In this document: positions 37,026 through 45,922 of the stretch, piece after piece
Numbering within the stretch: the stretch's first letter is position 1
Layout of the letters: each line of letters opens with the position of its first letter
DNA from: a virus
Taxonomy: Duplodnaviria > Caudoviricetes
Length of the DNA stretch: 55,491 nucleotides
Strand: one strand, 5' to 3'
IMG/VR virus record: IMGVR_UViG_3300021964_004668
Location: 1 to 55,491 of that record
The notes under the pieces: generated by a model
Told to the model about the DNA's origin: nothing
Databases searched by the model: none
Seen by the model: only the letters and a program-made list of their open reading frames with translations
Made by a program: the position numbers and the translations under genes

Positions 37026-37288
37026 AACCTTACCATGAACTGAAGGTGATTCATGGAAGCATCAGAACCTTCAGCAAAGATGTTAATGAAGAAGAGTTGG
37101 TTTGGCACAGGGATAAAGAAAAGAGACGTATCATTGTGCTGGAGGGTTACGGCTGGAAACTACAGTTTGACAATCAAGAGCCGACACAATTACTGGAACA
37201 ACACAGTTATAATATACCAGAAATGGTATATCATAGGATCATAAAAGGTCAAGGTGACCTAGTTTTAAGGGTATATGACGGACAGTGA
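37019..37288 (+). CDS. cupin-like hypothetical protein
   Basis: LVWHRD ... IPEMVYHRIIKG. Confidence 0.65.
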   Translation: MVKPYHELKVIHGSIRTFSKDVNEEELVWHRDKEKRRIIVLEGYGWKLQFDNQEPTQLLEQHSYNIPEMVYHRIIKGQGDLVLRVYDGQ

Positions 37289-37965
37289 AGATTATAAATC
37301 TATTGTATCGTGGTGGTGCTGGTGGTGAGTTTTTCGGTGGTTTGTTACAAGAGTTAGATGGGGTCGCTGAGAAACCTTTACATAAAGAAATGAATACAGA
37401 ACGCTGGTTTCTGAAACGAGAGGATTACCAGTCACACGAGATAGAGGTGACTAGGAACGATCCTTGGAGAGTACAGAAACCTAAGTGGAATGAGAAGCTT
37501 TGGAACGTCAGACTAGACCATGGTTATGGGTTTGTCCTAAACCAAGAGTTCTGGTCTGACTATCTCTGGAATGATTGGGAAGAGACAAAGACGATCATAT
37601 TCATGCCTCGAAACAGGAAGAGTCTTGAATTTACAGAACGTCTAGCGAAACTGAAACTGGTGAAACCATCAGATCATGCTCAGGGTCAAGCCATGCTTGA
37701 CGATGGGATACTAGATGTAGACCAGTTTTGGAATAGACCTTGGGAGTCCATGGCACATTACTTTCATGTGTACATGGAGACTATCCCAGATGACCATGAC
37801 TTTCTAATGGTCGATCCGTATGAGTTGTTGTTTGACTCGACGGGGACGGTAGGGGAACTTTCCCGTATCGGTGAGTATTTGGGAGTAAAAATCCCTAAAC
37901 ATTGGGAATATAAGATCTGTAGTTACAGATTGGAAAACCAAAATCTTATAAATAAGAATAGTTAA
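37285..37965 (+). CDS. hypothetical protein, possibly sulfotransferase-like
   Basis: N-terminal YRGGAGGEFF loop; C-terminal YELLF...IGEYLG. Confidence 0.5.
   Translation: MKIINLLYRGGAGGEFFGGLLQELDGVAEKPLHKEMNTERWFLKREDYQSHEIEVTRNDPWRVQKPKWNEKLWNVRLDHGYGFVLNQEFWSDYLWNDWEETKTIIFMPRNRKSLEFTERLAKLKLVKPSDHAQGQAMLDDGILDVDQFWNRPWESMAHYFHVYMETIPDDHDFLMVDPYELLFDSTGTVGELSRIGEYLGVKIPKHWEYKICSYRLENQNLINKNS
37947..37954 (+). promoter_or_regulatory. T4-type late promoter
   Basis: TATAAATA 39 nt before ATG 37994. Confidence 0.75.
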
Positions 37966-37993
37966 CTCTATATAAAAATGGGAAGTAGATGAT

Positions 37994-38278
37994 ATGGCTG
38001 AATCGGGTACACAGACGCAACGACTAGATCGTATTGAAGAGAAGATAGATAGACTATCTGAAGCAATGATTAGTCTTGCCCGTGCGGAAGAAAAGTTGAT
38101 CGCCATAGAGAAGAACAACCATAATAACTTTGATAGGATGAATAGATTCTCCGCCAAGTTAGATGATATAGAGAAAAAGGTAGATGACAACGCGAGAACG
38201 GTTGCCATCATTAATAAAGTAGTATATGTTATTTCGGTTGCACTTATCGGTGCAATTGTGAAATACTTCTGGATGTAA
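37994..38278 (+). CDS. coiled-coil protein with C-terminal TM helix
   Basis: RLDRIEEKIDRL... plus hydrophobic C-terminus. Confidence 0.75.
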   Translation: MAESGTQTQRLDRIEEKIDRLSEAMISLARAEEKLIAIEKNNHNNFDRMNRFSAKLDDIEKKVDDNARTVAIINKVVYVISVALIGAIVKYFWM

Positions 38279-38289
38279 ACGGAGACAAA

Positions 38290-39264
38290 ATGAAAACATC
38301 TGATATCGAAAAACTAGGTGCTGCATGGGCCTCCGTGGTGAATGCTAATCTTGGTGAGAAAAAACTAGATCCTGTTAACGATAAAGAGAACGACAAGAAG
38401 TTCAAAGATCGTAAGGACAAGGACATCGACAATGACGGCGATGTAGATAGTTCTGACGAGTATCTCCACAAAAGACGTGCCGCTACTGACGATGCGATTG
38501 ATGGTGGTAAGAAACCAGCCAAGAATGTGAAGAAAGAATCTGAAGACGAGGAAGGTGAAGAGAAGAAAAAGAAACCTTTCCCACCTAAGAAAGACGGCGA
38601 AGAAAAAGACGCTGAAGACAATGGTGACGAGTCTGAAGACGAAGACGAAGAAAAAGAAGCACCTAAAGTTGCTGGTAAGAAGGACGACAAGAAGAAAGTT
38701 GCCTCTAATGCCAAGACCGCAGAGATCTCCAAGATCGGTGAAGCAACCGAAGAACTTCTGAATATGTTTGAGTACATTCTGGGTGAACGCAAAGAGACTA
38801 AAGGTGCTACCAAACCTGAAGGTATCATGGACAAGGAATCTCCTAAGTCTAAAGAGTTTGCCGACAAGCATAAGGTTGAAGTAGAGGACGAAGAAAAGAC
38901 TCACGAAACTGCAACCAAGGCTGGACAAGCAACTAAGGCAAAGTCTGGTAAGCGTCCACAGGATAATGCTGCGGGTGACACCAATGTTGTGAAATCAACA
39001 GAAGCACCTGTAAAGGAAGAGCACGAGAATTGTGGTACCGAAGATTGCTGCGGTGAGTGTGATGTTGAGACTATTGAAGAGAAAGCACTGGTAGTAGATA
39101 CTTCAACTCAGAATGGTTCTGTATCTCTTGTTGATATGGCACGTGCCCATCTTGCTGGTGACATGAAGCGTGACACCGAGAAAGAAAAGAAAGCATATGA
39201 TGCTCGTACCAGAGAAGCAAAGGCATTCTTAGAAAGAATGGCAAAACGTCGAGGAGATTGTTAA
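38290..39264 (+). CDS. highly charged low-complexity protein with DxDxDG motif, possible core/scaffold protein
   Basis: DIDNDGDVDSSDEYLHKRR; E/K/D-rich; GGAG SD. Confidence 0.75.
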   Translation: MKTSDIEKLGAAWASVVNANLGEKKLDPVNDKENDKKFKDRKDKDIDNDGDVDSSDEYLHKRRAATDDAIDGGKKPAKNVKKESEDEEGEEKKKKPFPPKKDGEEKDAEDNGDESEDEDEEKEAPKVAGKKDDKKKVASNAKTAEISKIGEATEELLNMFEYILGERKETKGATKPEGIMDKESPKSKEFADKHKVEVEDEEKTHETATKAGQATKAKSGKRPQDNAAGDTNVVKSTEAPVKEEHENCGTEDCCGECDVETIEEKALVVDTSTQNGSVSLVDMARAHLAGDMKRDTEKEKKAYDARTREAKAFLERMAKRRGDC

Positions 39265-39611
39265 TGGGAATTAAAGCCCCTGCATGGTGTGCAAACGCAG
39301 TTCCTACTTCACGTGGTTGGGAAGACCCACAGTCAGGTGAAGTATATGTGTCCGCTCGTTTCACACAAGAACAACTTGATGAATATAACGGTGTCGTTAC
39401 ACAACCTGAAGTTCTGACCGAAGTTCCTAGAAATGATTTTGAGAAGACTCCTCAGATGTTGACCGAAGCCCCCGTGGGTAACAAGTCACTTGATGAGATG
39501 ACGAAGACAGAACTTGAAGCACTTGGTCGCCAACACGGTGTTGAACTAAATCGTCGTGAAAGTAAACAGACCCTTCTAGAAAAGACGAGGAATATCCTCA
39601 AGGGTTGGTAA
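39264..39611 (+). CDS. hypothetical protein with C-terminal HeH/Rho-N-like motif
   Basis: MTKTELEALGRQHGVELNRRESKQTLL; GAGGAG SD. Confidence 0.65.
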   Translation: MGIKAPAWCANAVPTSRGWEDPQSGEVYVSARFTQEQLDEYNGVVTQPEVLTEVPRNDFEKTPQMLTEAPVGNKSLDEMTKTELEALGRQHGVELNRRESKQTLLEKTRNILKGW

Positions 39612-39615
39612 GATG

Positions 39616-39633
39616 TGCCCCCGCAAGGGGGCA
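39616..39633 (+). other. GC-rich GNRA hairpin (terminator-like, no U-tract)
   Basis: TGCCCCC-GCAA-GGGGGCA, intergenic. Confidence 0.6.
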
Positions 39634-39654
39634 TAAAATCATATAAGTAGTTAT

Positions 39655-40023
39655 ATGATGAAACTCACTAAAGACAATGTGACGGTGTATGCCGCCCAAA
39701 ACTATCACAATCCTAGATGCATTGATAGTGAAGAGTTTTTTGAAGACCTAAAGAAGTTCAAGTACGTCAAACGATTACTCAATCGTTATCGTGATACTGG
39801 CGTACTTTCAGAACGTCTCATCCTCAATCATCTTATCGTAATATTTAATGTGTTCGGTTACGAGGCAGGACTAAACATCCTTGAACTCAAGATCGAACTT
39901 GAACACTGGGGTACATTGAAACCCTTTCTAATATTTCTCAGCGCAATCAAGAACACCGAATATACCAACATTGAGATGGATAATTTGGTAATTGAACGAC
40001 TGCGTGAGATCAAAAATGTATAA
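39655..40023 (+). CDS. T4-like phage hypothetical protein
   Basis: EEFFEDLKKFKYVKRLL, ERLILNHLIVIFNVFG; TATAAGTA 5 nt upstream. Confidence 0.8.
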   Translation: MMKLTKDNVTVYAAQNYHNPRCIDSEEFFEDLKKFKYVKRLLNRYRDTGVLSERLILNHLIVIFNVFGYEAGLNILELKIELEHWGTLKPFLIFLSAIKNTEYTNIEMDNLVIERLREIKNV

Positions 40024-40026
40024 ATA
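40019..40026 (+). promoter_or_regulatory. T4-type late promoter (leaderless geometry)
   Basis: TATAAATA-GACTT-ATG. Confidence 0.8.
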
Positions 40027-40031
40027 GACTT

Positions 40032-40631
40032 ATGGGATTACTCAAATCAGCAGCAGACCTCGTCTATACGATCCGGTTCTTGAAACTGTTAGTGACTCCG
40101 TTTACGGACACTGAAGCATACAAGGCAGGTATTGTAGATGAAGACGGGAAGAAACGCAAGGACTTCAATACGAATAGTACTGATGACCGTGAAGCGTATC
40201 GCAGCCATTACACTCCATTCCACCGTCTGGTATTCAACCTCAAACGACTCATGGCAAAGGTGCCTGGCGGACAGTCAGTGGTCGCACGATATGGTGCAGC
40301 ACTCGCACTGATCAAAGAGAATGGTCAACTATCAAATTCTAAACTCATGCAGATCCACAAAGAGACAGGCATAGACATCCTTGATGTACTCGCAGAAGAC
40401 TCTCAATGGTTTATGTTGGAAGACAAACAACTAGGGCCAGGCGTCTATCGATTCAAACACGATACCATCACTATAGACTGTGAAGACATAGTGAAGAAAG
40501 ATGACAGGGTACGAGTCTTTGAAAGTGACTCAAGTCCAGTTCATGAAGTTTTAGGTATTGATATATACAAGGGAATGCACCTGAACTCTAAACAGTGGGT
40601 ATACTTCTCATCAGGAGAGATTACGCGATGA
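40032..40631 (+). CDS. T4-like phage hypothetical protein
   Basis: DLVYTIRFLKLLVTPF, GIVDEDG, YTPFHRLVFNLKR. Confidence 0.8.
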   Translation: MGLLKSAADLVYTIRFLKLLVTPFTDTEAYKAGIVDEDGKKRKDFNTNSTDDREAYRSHYTPFHRLVFNLKRLMAKVPGGQSVVARYGAALALIKENGQLSNSKLMQIHKETGIDILDVLAEDSQWFMLEDKQLGPGVYRFKHDTITIDCEDIVKKDDRVRVFESDSSPVHEVLGIDIYKGMHLNSKQWVYFSSGEITR

Positions 40632-40813
40632 AGGGATTCAAACAGTTCAGCGAAGAGATGACTGCCACAGGTGCAGTCGCTGGGGCAGGGGACGATAGTG
40701 AAACCGTACCAGTATATCTTGGCAAGAAGAAAAAGAAACGAGATGAGAGACCAGATGTCTTGAAACGTTTTATAAGTAAACAAGAAGAATCGAAAAAATA
40801 CTGGAGTAAGTAG
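40628..40813 (+). CDS. small putative internal protein
   Basis: GGAG SD; MKGFKQFSEE start. Confidence 0.7.
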   Translation: MKGFKQFSEEMTATGAVAGAGDDSETVPVYLGKKKKKRDERPDVLKRFISKQEESKKYWSK

Positions 40814-41398
40814 ATGGAATTCATTATAGACCAATTGATGACATGGTGGCAGTTCACCCTCGCAGGTGTGTTGATCATCATAGGATGGATCATTAACCTA
40901 TTCGGTGTTGATCAGGATGAACCACTGGTTGGTCTAGAGTTTAATGAGATGCCTCACATGAAACCCATTACAATCGAAACGGCAGGTAAAGGGTTCTGGG
41001 GTGCGATCAAGATTTGGCTTCTGGGTGTACGCACATGGGAGATTGCCAAAGACTGGAACTTCTCTCTAGACGGTGAGAAGTATGTCATCCCCAAAGGGTT
41101 CGTCTTTGACGGTGCCTCTGTTCCTAAGTTCCTTGCTTCATGGTTATCACCGACTGGTGTACTACTCGTAGGTGGTCTGGTTCATGACTATGTCTACAAG
41201 TACACTGTCCTACTCAAGAAGGGTAAGAAAAAGACCACAGACCCCATGACACAGAAAGAAGCAGATGCACTGTTCCGTGACATCGGTATTGAACAGAATG
41301 GATTTCATTTCCTGAACAAACTGGCATACTGGGCACTACGCATCGGTGGGTTTGTTGCATGGAATGGACACAGAAAAGTAGGATCAAAGGCAATCTAA
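40814..41398 (+). CDS. DUF1353 family protein with N-terminal TM
   Basis: IPKGFVFDGASVP, VHDYVY, ADALF. Confidence 0.8.
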   Translation: MEFIIDQLMTWWQFTLAGVLIIIGWIINLFGVDQDEPLVGLEFNEMPHMKPITIETAGKGFWGAIKIWLLGVRTWEIAKDWNFSLDGEKYVIPKGFVFDGASVPKFLASWLSPTGVLLVGGLVHDYVYKYTVLLKKGKKKTTDPMTQKEADALFRDIGIEQNGFHFLNKLAYWALRIGGFVAWNGHRKVGSKAI

Positions 41399-41559
41399 TG
41401 GACTTTATCAAAGCAAGACTCAAAGAACGAACCTCACTTGATGGTGTGGTTCTTATCGCTGCGGGAGTTATCTTCCTAGTGTTCAAACCTTTCGCTTCTA
41501 TTGCTGCATATGCTGCTATCGCATATGGTGGTTGGACTATCTACAAGAAAGAAGACTAA
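41398..41559 (+). CDS. small two-TM protein, candidate holin
   Basis: MDFIKARLKERTSLDG + two hydrophobic segments + KKED; directly before the spanins. Confidence 0.5.
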   Translation: MDFIKARLKERTSLDGVVLIAAGVIFLVFKPFASIAAYAAIAYGGWTIYKKED

Positions 41560-41963
41560 TGATTAAGGTCTATGTGTTCATTGCCATATTTGGTCTACTG
41601 AGTACGGTAGTGTTTGGTGTATATCGTGAGTATAACGATATGAAAGATCGTATCGAAACTCTGCGCGAAAACAATGTGAAACTCAAACTTGTCGCAGAAG
41701 AGAACCAGAAGGCGCTGGAGGAAGCGCAACTCTTTGCACAAGAGATGACTGAACGCAACCAAGAACTACAGATTGGTTTACAAGAAGCGGAAGTCTATAC
41801 GGACAAATTGCGAGGCAAATTGCAGAGACATGACCTCACGCTACTCAGTCTACAGAAGCCTGGACTGATTGAAAAGAGAGTTAATAATGCTACAAAGAAG
41901 GTATGGAATGAAATCGAAACTATCACCGGCGCTGCTGCTACTTCTGCTTCTACCAGTAATTAG
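41559..41963 (+). CDS. i-spanin (Rz-like)
   Basis: N-terminal TM + long coiled coil, KPGLIEKRVN; overlaps a lipoprotein gene. Confidence 0.75.
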   Translation: MIKVYVFIAIFGLLSTVVFGVYREYNDMKDRIETLRENNVKLKLVAEENQKALEEAQLFAQEMTERNQELQIGLQEAEVYTDKLRGKLQRHDLTLLSLQKPGLIEKRVNNATKKVWNEIETITGAAATSASTSN

Positions 41964-42312
41964 TGGGTGTTCACTGATTGGTAGACAACCACCGGAACCA
42001 GAGGTTGTTGTCAAGACGAAGGTTATCGAAAAAAAGATACCTCTACAGGTTGCCCCTAAGCCGGTTTCTCTCAATCACCCCAGAATTTACGTGGTGACCG
42101 AGAAGAACTGGGAAGATTTCATAGAGACCTACAAGAAAGATAACGGTCAGGAATGGGTATTCTATGCATTCAGCGTAAGATCATACGAAACTCTTGCACT
42201 AAATATCGCTGAGATACGACGATATCTAGAGCAACAGAATGCCATCATAGCCTACTACGAAGGCGCTATCCAACGCAAACCCAAAGAAGAAGAAATCTCA
42301 GAAAAAGATTGA
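41908..42312 (+). CDS. o-spanin (Rz1-like lipoprotein)
   Basis: MKSKLSPALLLLLLLPVISGC lipobox; proline-rich linker; YETLALN. Confidence 0.8.
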   Translation: MKSKLSPALLLLLLLPVISGCSLIGRQPPEPEVVVKTKVIEKKIPLQVAPKPVSLNHPRIYVVTEKNWEDFIETYKKDNGQEWVFYAFSVRSYETLALNIAEIRRYLEQQNAIIAYYEGAIQRKPKEEEISEKD

Positions 42313-42380
42313 CTTTCTTCTCGTCAAGAGGTATAATACCTGATCTAAAAACTACGAGGGTGATATATATTATTACCCTC
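42309..42380 (+). promoter_or_regulatory. sigma70-type promoter and leader hairpin of nrdA
   Basis: TTGACT-17-TATAAT (42309-42337); GAGGGTGATA-TATAT-TATTACCCTC hairpin (42356-42380). Confidence 0.7.
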
Positions 42381-42408
42381 CGATAAACTACACACCATGG
42401 AAAAATAG

Positions 42409-44394
42409 ATGCCCGTCAAAATTGATAAAAAGAAAGATAGTCTCCTCGCTGAATACGCAGTAGGAATGTTACAAGACTTTTATTTACGTGATTATGAGAA
42501 GAGTCCTCAAGAGGGATTCAAAAGGGCATCAGAAGCATGGTCTAAGTATCGGGGTCAAATGGACGAAGATCTTGCACAGAGGTTGTACGATTATGTGTCT
42601 AATAAGTGGTTCATGTTCGCGTCTCCGGTTCTATCCAATGCTCCGAATGGCACCAAGAAAGACAAGGGAATGCCTATCTCTTGCTTCCTCACTTATGTGC
42701 CAGATACGCTGGAAGGTCTTATCGACCATTCTTCTGAGTTACGTTGGCTTAGTGTATATGGTGGCGGCGTTGGAGGTCATTGGAGTGATGTGCGTACCGT
42801 GTCAGACATTGCGCCAGGCCCTATACCCTTCCTACACACAGTAGATGCTGACATGATTGCGTATCGTCAGGGGAAGACTCGCAAGGGTTCCTACGCTGCG
42901 TACATGGATATCCACCATCCAGACATCATTGAGTTCATGAACATGCGTATCCCCACGGGTGATGTGCAACGTAAGGCATTGAACCTACATAATGCACTCA
43001 ACATTACCGACGAGTTCATGGAAGCGGTGGTCAACAACACTGAGTTTGATCTGCGTGATCCCAAAGACGGTGCTGTAAAGGAAACCGTCAATGCTCGTAA
43101 ACTGTGGGAGCGTATCCTTGAGATTCGATTCCGTACAGGCGAACCCTACCTAAACTTCATTGATACTGCAAATGCATCTTTACCACAGTCGTTGAAAGAT
43201 CGTGGATTGAAGATTCATGGATCTAATCTATGTAATGAGATTCATCTACCGACAAGCGCGGATCGTACTGCGGTATGTTGTTTGTCAAGTCTAAACTTGG
43301 AGTACTACGATGAGTGGAAAGATACGAGTATTATTCGTGATCTCATTACTATGCTTGACAACGTCTTGCAGTTCTTTATCGATGAAGCCCCAGATACAAT
43401 TCAACGAGCAAAATATAGTGCAGAGCGCGAACGATCTATCGGACTTGGGGCGATGGGATTCCACAGCCTACTTCAGAAGCACGGCGTTGCATGGGAGTCT
43501 GAGGCTGCGAAGGAAATCAATCAAGTTGTCTTTCGACATATCAAAGAAGAAGCCGACAAACAAACTAAACTTCTCGCCGAACAAAGAGGAGAATATCCTG
43601 ATGGAGTGGGAACTGGCAGACGCAATGCACACTTGCTCGCTATCGCCCCGAATGCGTCCAGTGGTGTTATCCTGTCCACCTCTCCGTCTATCGAACCCCT
43701 CAAGGCAAATGCGTACACACATAGGACACGCGCCGGATCTTTCCTTGTAAAGAATAAATATCTAACCCAGCTCTTAGATGAGAAGGGTCAAAACAACGAA
43801 TCTACTTGGACATCAATCATTACCAAGAAAGGTTCGGTACAACACCTTCCTTTCCTCACCGAAGGAGAGAAGGCAGTCTTCAAGACAGCAGATGAACTTG
43901 ATCAAAACTGGGTGGTTACTCACGCAGCGGAACGTCAACCGTTTATCTGTCAGGGACAGTCAGTGAACCTGTTCTTCCCTGCTGGGGCTGAGAAGTCATA
44001 TGTCAACAAGGTGCATCTGAAAGCATGGAAGGAAGGACTCAAGGGTCTATACTACTTGCGTACAGAGGCAAAACAAAGAGCAGAGAACGTATCCGAGAAA
44101 GTAGAACGTGTCGCACTCCAAGGTGATACTCGTACTATAATCTATGGAAAGGACGATTGCCCATACTGCGCTATGGCAAAGGAAGAGTTGACACTGAGAG
44201 GAATCCCGTTTGACTACATTGATCTGAAAGAAATCGGAAAGACTGCTGCCGAGGTCACAGGTCGTAAAGTCAAGACCGTACCACAGATTTACCTAGAAGG
44301 TGAGTATGTGGGTGGTTGGGATGAATTGATGGAACACTTGAACGAAAACCATGAAACTGAAGATGGCGATGAATGCATCGCCTGTGAGGGGTAA
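42409..44394 (+). CDS. nrdA: ribonucleotide reductase class I alpha subunit with fused glutaredoxin
   Basis: ASPVLSN, ISCF, SNLCNEI, IAPNASS, LYYLR; then GKDDCPYC...TVPQIY; terminal CIACEG. Confidence 0.96.
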   Translation: MPVKIDKKKDSLLAEYAVGMLQDFYLRDYEKSPQEGFKRASEAWSKYRGQMDEDLAQRLYDYVSNKWFMFASPVLSNAPNGTKKDKGMPISCFLTYVPDTLEGLIDHSSELRWLSVYGGGVGGHWSDVRTVSDIAPGPIPFLHTVDADMIAYRQGKTRKGSYAAYMDIHHPDIIEFMNMRIPTGDVQRKALNLHNALNITDEFMEAVVNNTEFDLRDPKDGAVKETVNARKLWERILEIRFRTGEPYLNFIDTANASLPQSLKDRGLKIHGSNLCNEIHLPTSADRTAVCCLSSLNLEYYDEWKDTSIIRDLITMLDNVLQFFIDEAPDTIQRAKYSAERERSIGLGAMGFHSLLQKHGVAWESEAAKEINQVVFRHIKEEADKQTKLLAEQRGEYPDGVGTGRRNAHLLAIAPNASSGVILSTSPSIEPLKANAYTHRTRAGSFLVKNKYLTQLLDEKGQNNESTWTSIITKKGSVQHLPFLTEGEKAVFKTADELDQNWVVTHAAERQPFICQGQSVNLFFPAGAEKSYVNKVHLKAWKEGLKGLYYLRTEAKQRAENVSEKVERVALQGDTRTIIYGKDDCPYCAMAKEELTLRGIPFDYIDLKEIGKTAAEVTGRKVKTVPQIYLEGEYVGGWDELMEHLNENHETEDGDECIACEG

Positions 44395-44401
44395 AAAATA
44401 G

Positions 44402-45373
44402 ATGGCGTTACTAGAGTTCAGTAAAACTTACAAACCGTTCTTATATCCTTGGGCGGTAGAACTAGTAAAGAAACATGAAGAGGTTCACTGGGTAGAGGAT
44501 GAGGCAGAACTGTCTGAGGATATCCAAGACTGGCGAACCAAACTGACCGAAGAAGAGAAAGAGTTTATCACCCAAGTATTGAGGCTGTTCACTCAGTCTG
44601 ACGTACAGGTCGGTGAGAACTATCACGAGTTGTTGATTCCTCGTTTCAAAAACAACGAAGTCCGTAATATGTTGTCCTCGTTTGCAAACCGTGAGGGTGT
44701 ACACCAACGTGCCTATGCATTGTTGAATGATACCTTGGGTCTGCCTGATGAAGAACACCATGCATTCCTTGAGTACAAGGAGATGGCTGACAAGATCGAC
44801 TTTATGAAAGAGGGAGACATCAATAACCTGACTGGTCTGGCACTGGTGTTGGCACAGTCTGTGTTCAACGAGGGTATGTCTCTGTTCGCATCGTTTGTCA
44901 TGCTACTGAACTTCCAACGGTTCGGTAAGATGAAGGGTATGGGTACGATTGTTGAGTGGTCTATTCGAGACGAGACTCTACATGTACAGGGGAACGCAAA
45001 GTTGTTCCGCGAGTTCTGTGAAGAACGTCCCCGTGTCGTGAACGATGAGTTGAAGTCTAAGATCTATCAGATGGCCAAGAATGCTGTCAAGTTAGAAGAT
45101 CGATTTATCACACTGGCATACAAATCGGGTGAGATCGAAGGTCTACCGGAGGCAGATGTAAAACAATACATCCGTCATATTGCAGACCGTAGACTCCTCC
45201 AACTTGGTTTGAAACCAAAGTTTGGTGTCAAGGACAATCCACTGCCGTGGTTGGACTGGGTATTGAATGGTGCATCCCACGACAACTTCTTTGAGAAACG
45301 TGTTACTGAGTATTCCGTTAACGGTATGGAAGGTGACTGGGGATGGGATGCTGACGAAGCCACTGCGGCATGA
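44402..45373 (+). CDS. nrdB: ribonucleotide reductase class Ia beta subunit
   Basis: FTQSDVQV, REGVHQRAY, NEGMSLF, RDETLH, NFFEKRVTEY. Confidence 0.96.
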   Translation: MALLEFSKTYKPFLYPWAVELVKKHEEVHWVEDEAELSEDIQDWRTKLTEEEKEFITQVLRLFTQSDVQVGENYHELLIPRFKNNEVRNMLSSFANREGVHQRAYALLNDTLGLPDEEHHAFLEYKEMADKIDFMKEGDINNLTGLALVLAQSVFNEGMSLFASFVMLLNFQRFGKMKGMGTIVEWSIRDETLHVQGNAKLFREFCEERPRVVNDELKSKIYQMAKNAVKLEDRFITLAYKSGEIEGLPEADVKQYIRHIADRRLLQLGLKPKFGVKDNPLPWLDWVLNGASHDNFFEKRVTEYSVNGMEGDWGWDADEATAA

Positions 45374-45504
45374 TAGAAGATGACGAACTCCCCATCTTCA
45401 TCTTAGAATGTAATCTATGTGAAAGTGAAGTTGAGGTGATAGTCAAGGACAGTGAGGAGGAACCCCAATACTGTCCTATGTGTGGAGTCTCCATACAAGA
45501 CTAG
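45370..45504 (+). CDS. small zinc-ribbon protein (44 aa, not in ORF track)
   Basis: CNLC...YCPMCG; ATGA overlap with nrdB. Confidence 0.75.
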   Translation: MIEDDELPIFILECNLCESEVEVIVKDSEEEPQYCPMCGVSIQD

Positions 45505-45517
45505 CATATATACCTTT

Positions 45518-45922
45518 ATGTGGATATATGAAGGTAAGGAGTTTGAACCAGAAGACGGATTCTTGGAGCAATACCAAGGATTCGTCTACTGCTTGACGGA
45601 GTTAAGCACTGGTAAAAAGTATATTGGTAAGAAGTTCTTCTGGAAACCCAAGATACTCCCTGTTACGAAAACAAGAAAAAGACGCAAACGAACACGAGTC
45701 CAATCGGACTGGCGTGACTACTATGGTTCCTCAGAACAGGTAAAAACTCTCGTAGAAGGGGGTCAGGAGTTCCATAGAGAGGTTCTCCGGTTGTGTCATA
45801 CTAAAGGTGAGTGTTCGTATTACGAAGCAAAACTACAGTTCCAATACGATGTTCTGTTGAGTGATGAATACTACAATGAGTTTATAGGCTGCAAGATTCA
45901 TGCAAAACATATTAGATCGTAA
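45518..45922 (+). CDS. GIY-YIG endonuclease (catalytic domain only)
   Basis: GFVY...KKYIGKK, YYGSS, YYEAKLQ, YYN. Confidence 0.8.
   Translation: MWIYEGKEFEPEDGFLEQYQGFVYCLTELSTGKKYIGKKFFWKPKILPVTKTRKRRKRTRVQSDWRDYYGSSEQVKTLVEGGQEFHREVLRLCHTKGECSYYEAKLQFQYDVLLSDEYYNEFIGCKIHAKHIRS

Noticed and set aside
8953-38928. Long antisense ORFs such as 8953-9480, 32082-32651 and 38365-38928
   Set aside because: They lie opposite well-supported genes, show no motifs, and are explained by codon bias of the sense strand
42356-42380. NrdR box upstream of nrdA
   Set aside because: Only the central ATATAT resembles the consensus; flanks do not match and there is no tandem second box
3678-45373. Introns or inteins in gp43, gp41, uvsX, thyX, nrdA, nrdB
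   Set aside because: All are continuous ORFs of expected size; the extra nrdA segment is a glutaredoxin, not an intein
45518-45922. GIY-YIG gene as a mobile homing endonuclease
   Set aside because: Only ~134 aa with no C-terminal DNA-binding repeats; more likely a resident nuclease, though not excluded
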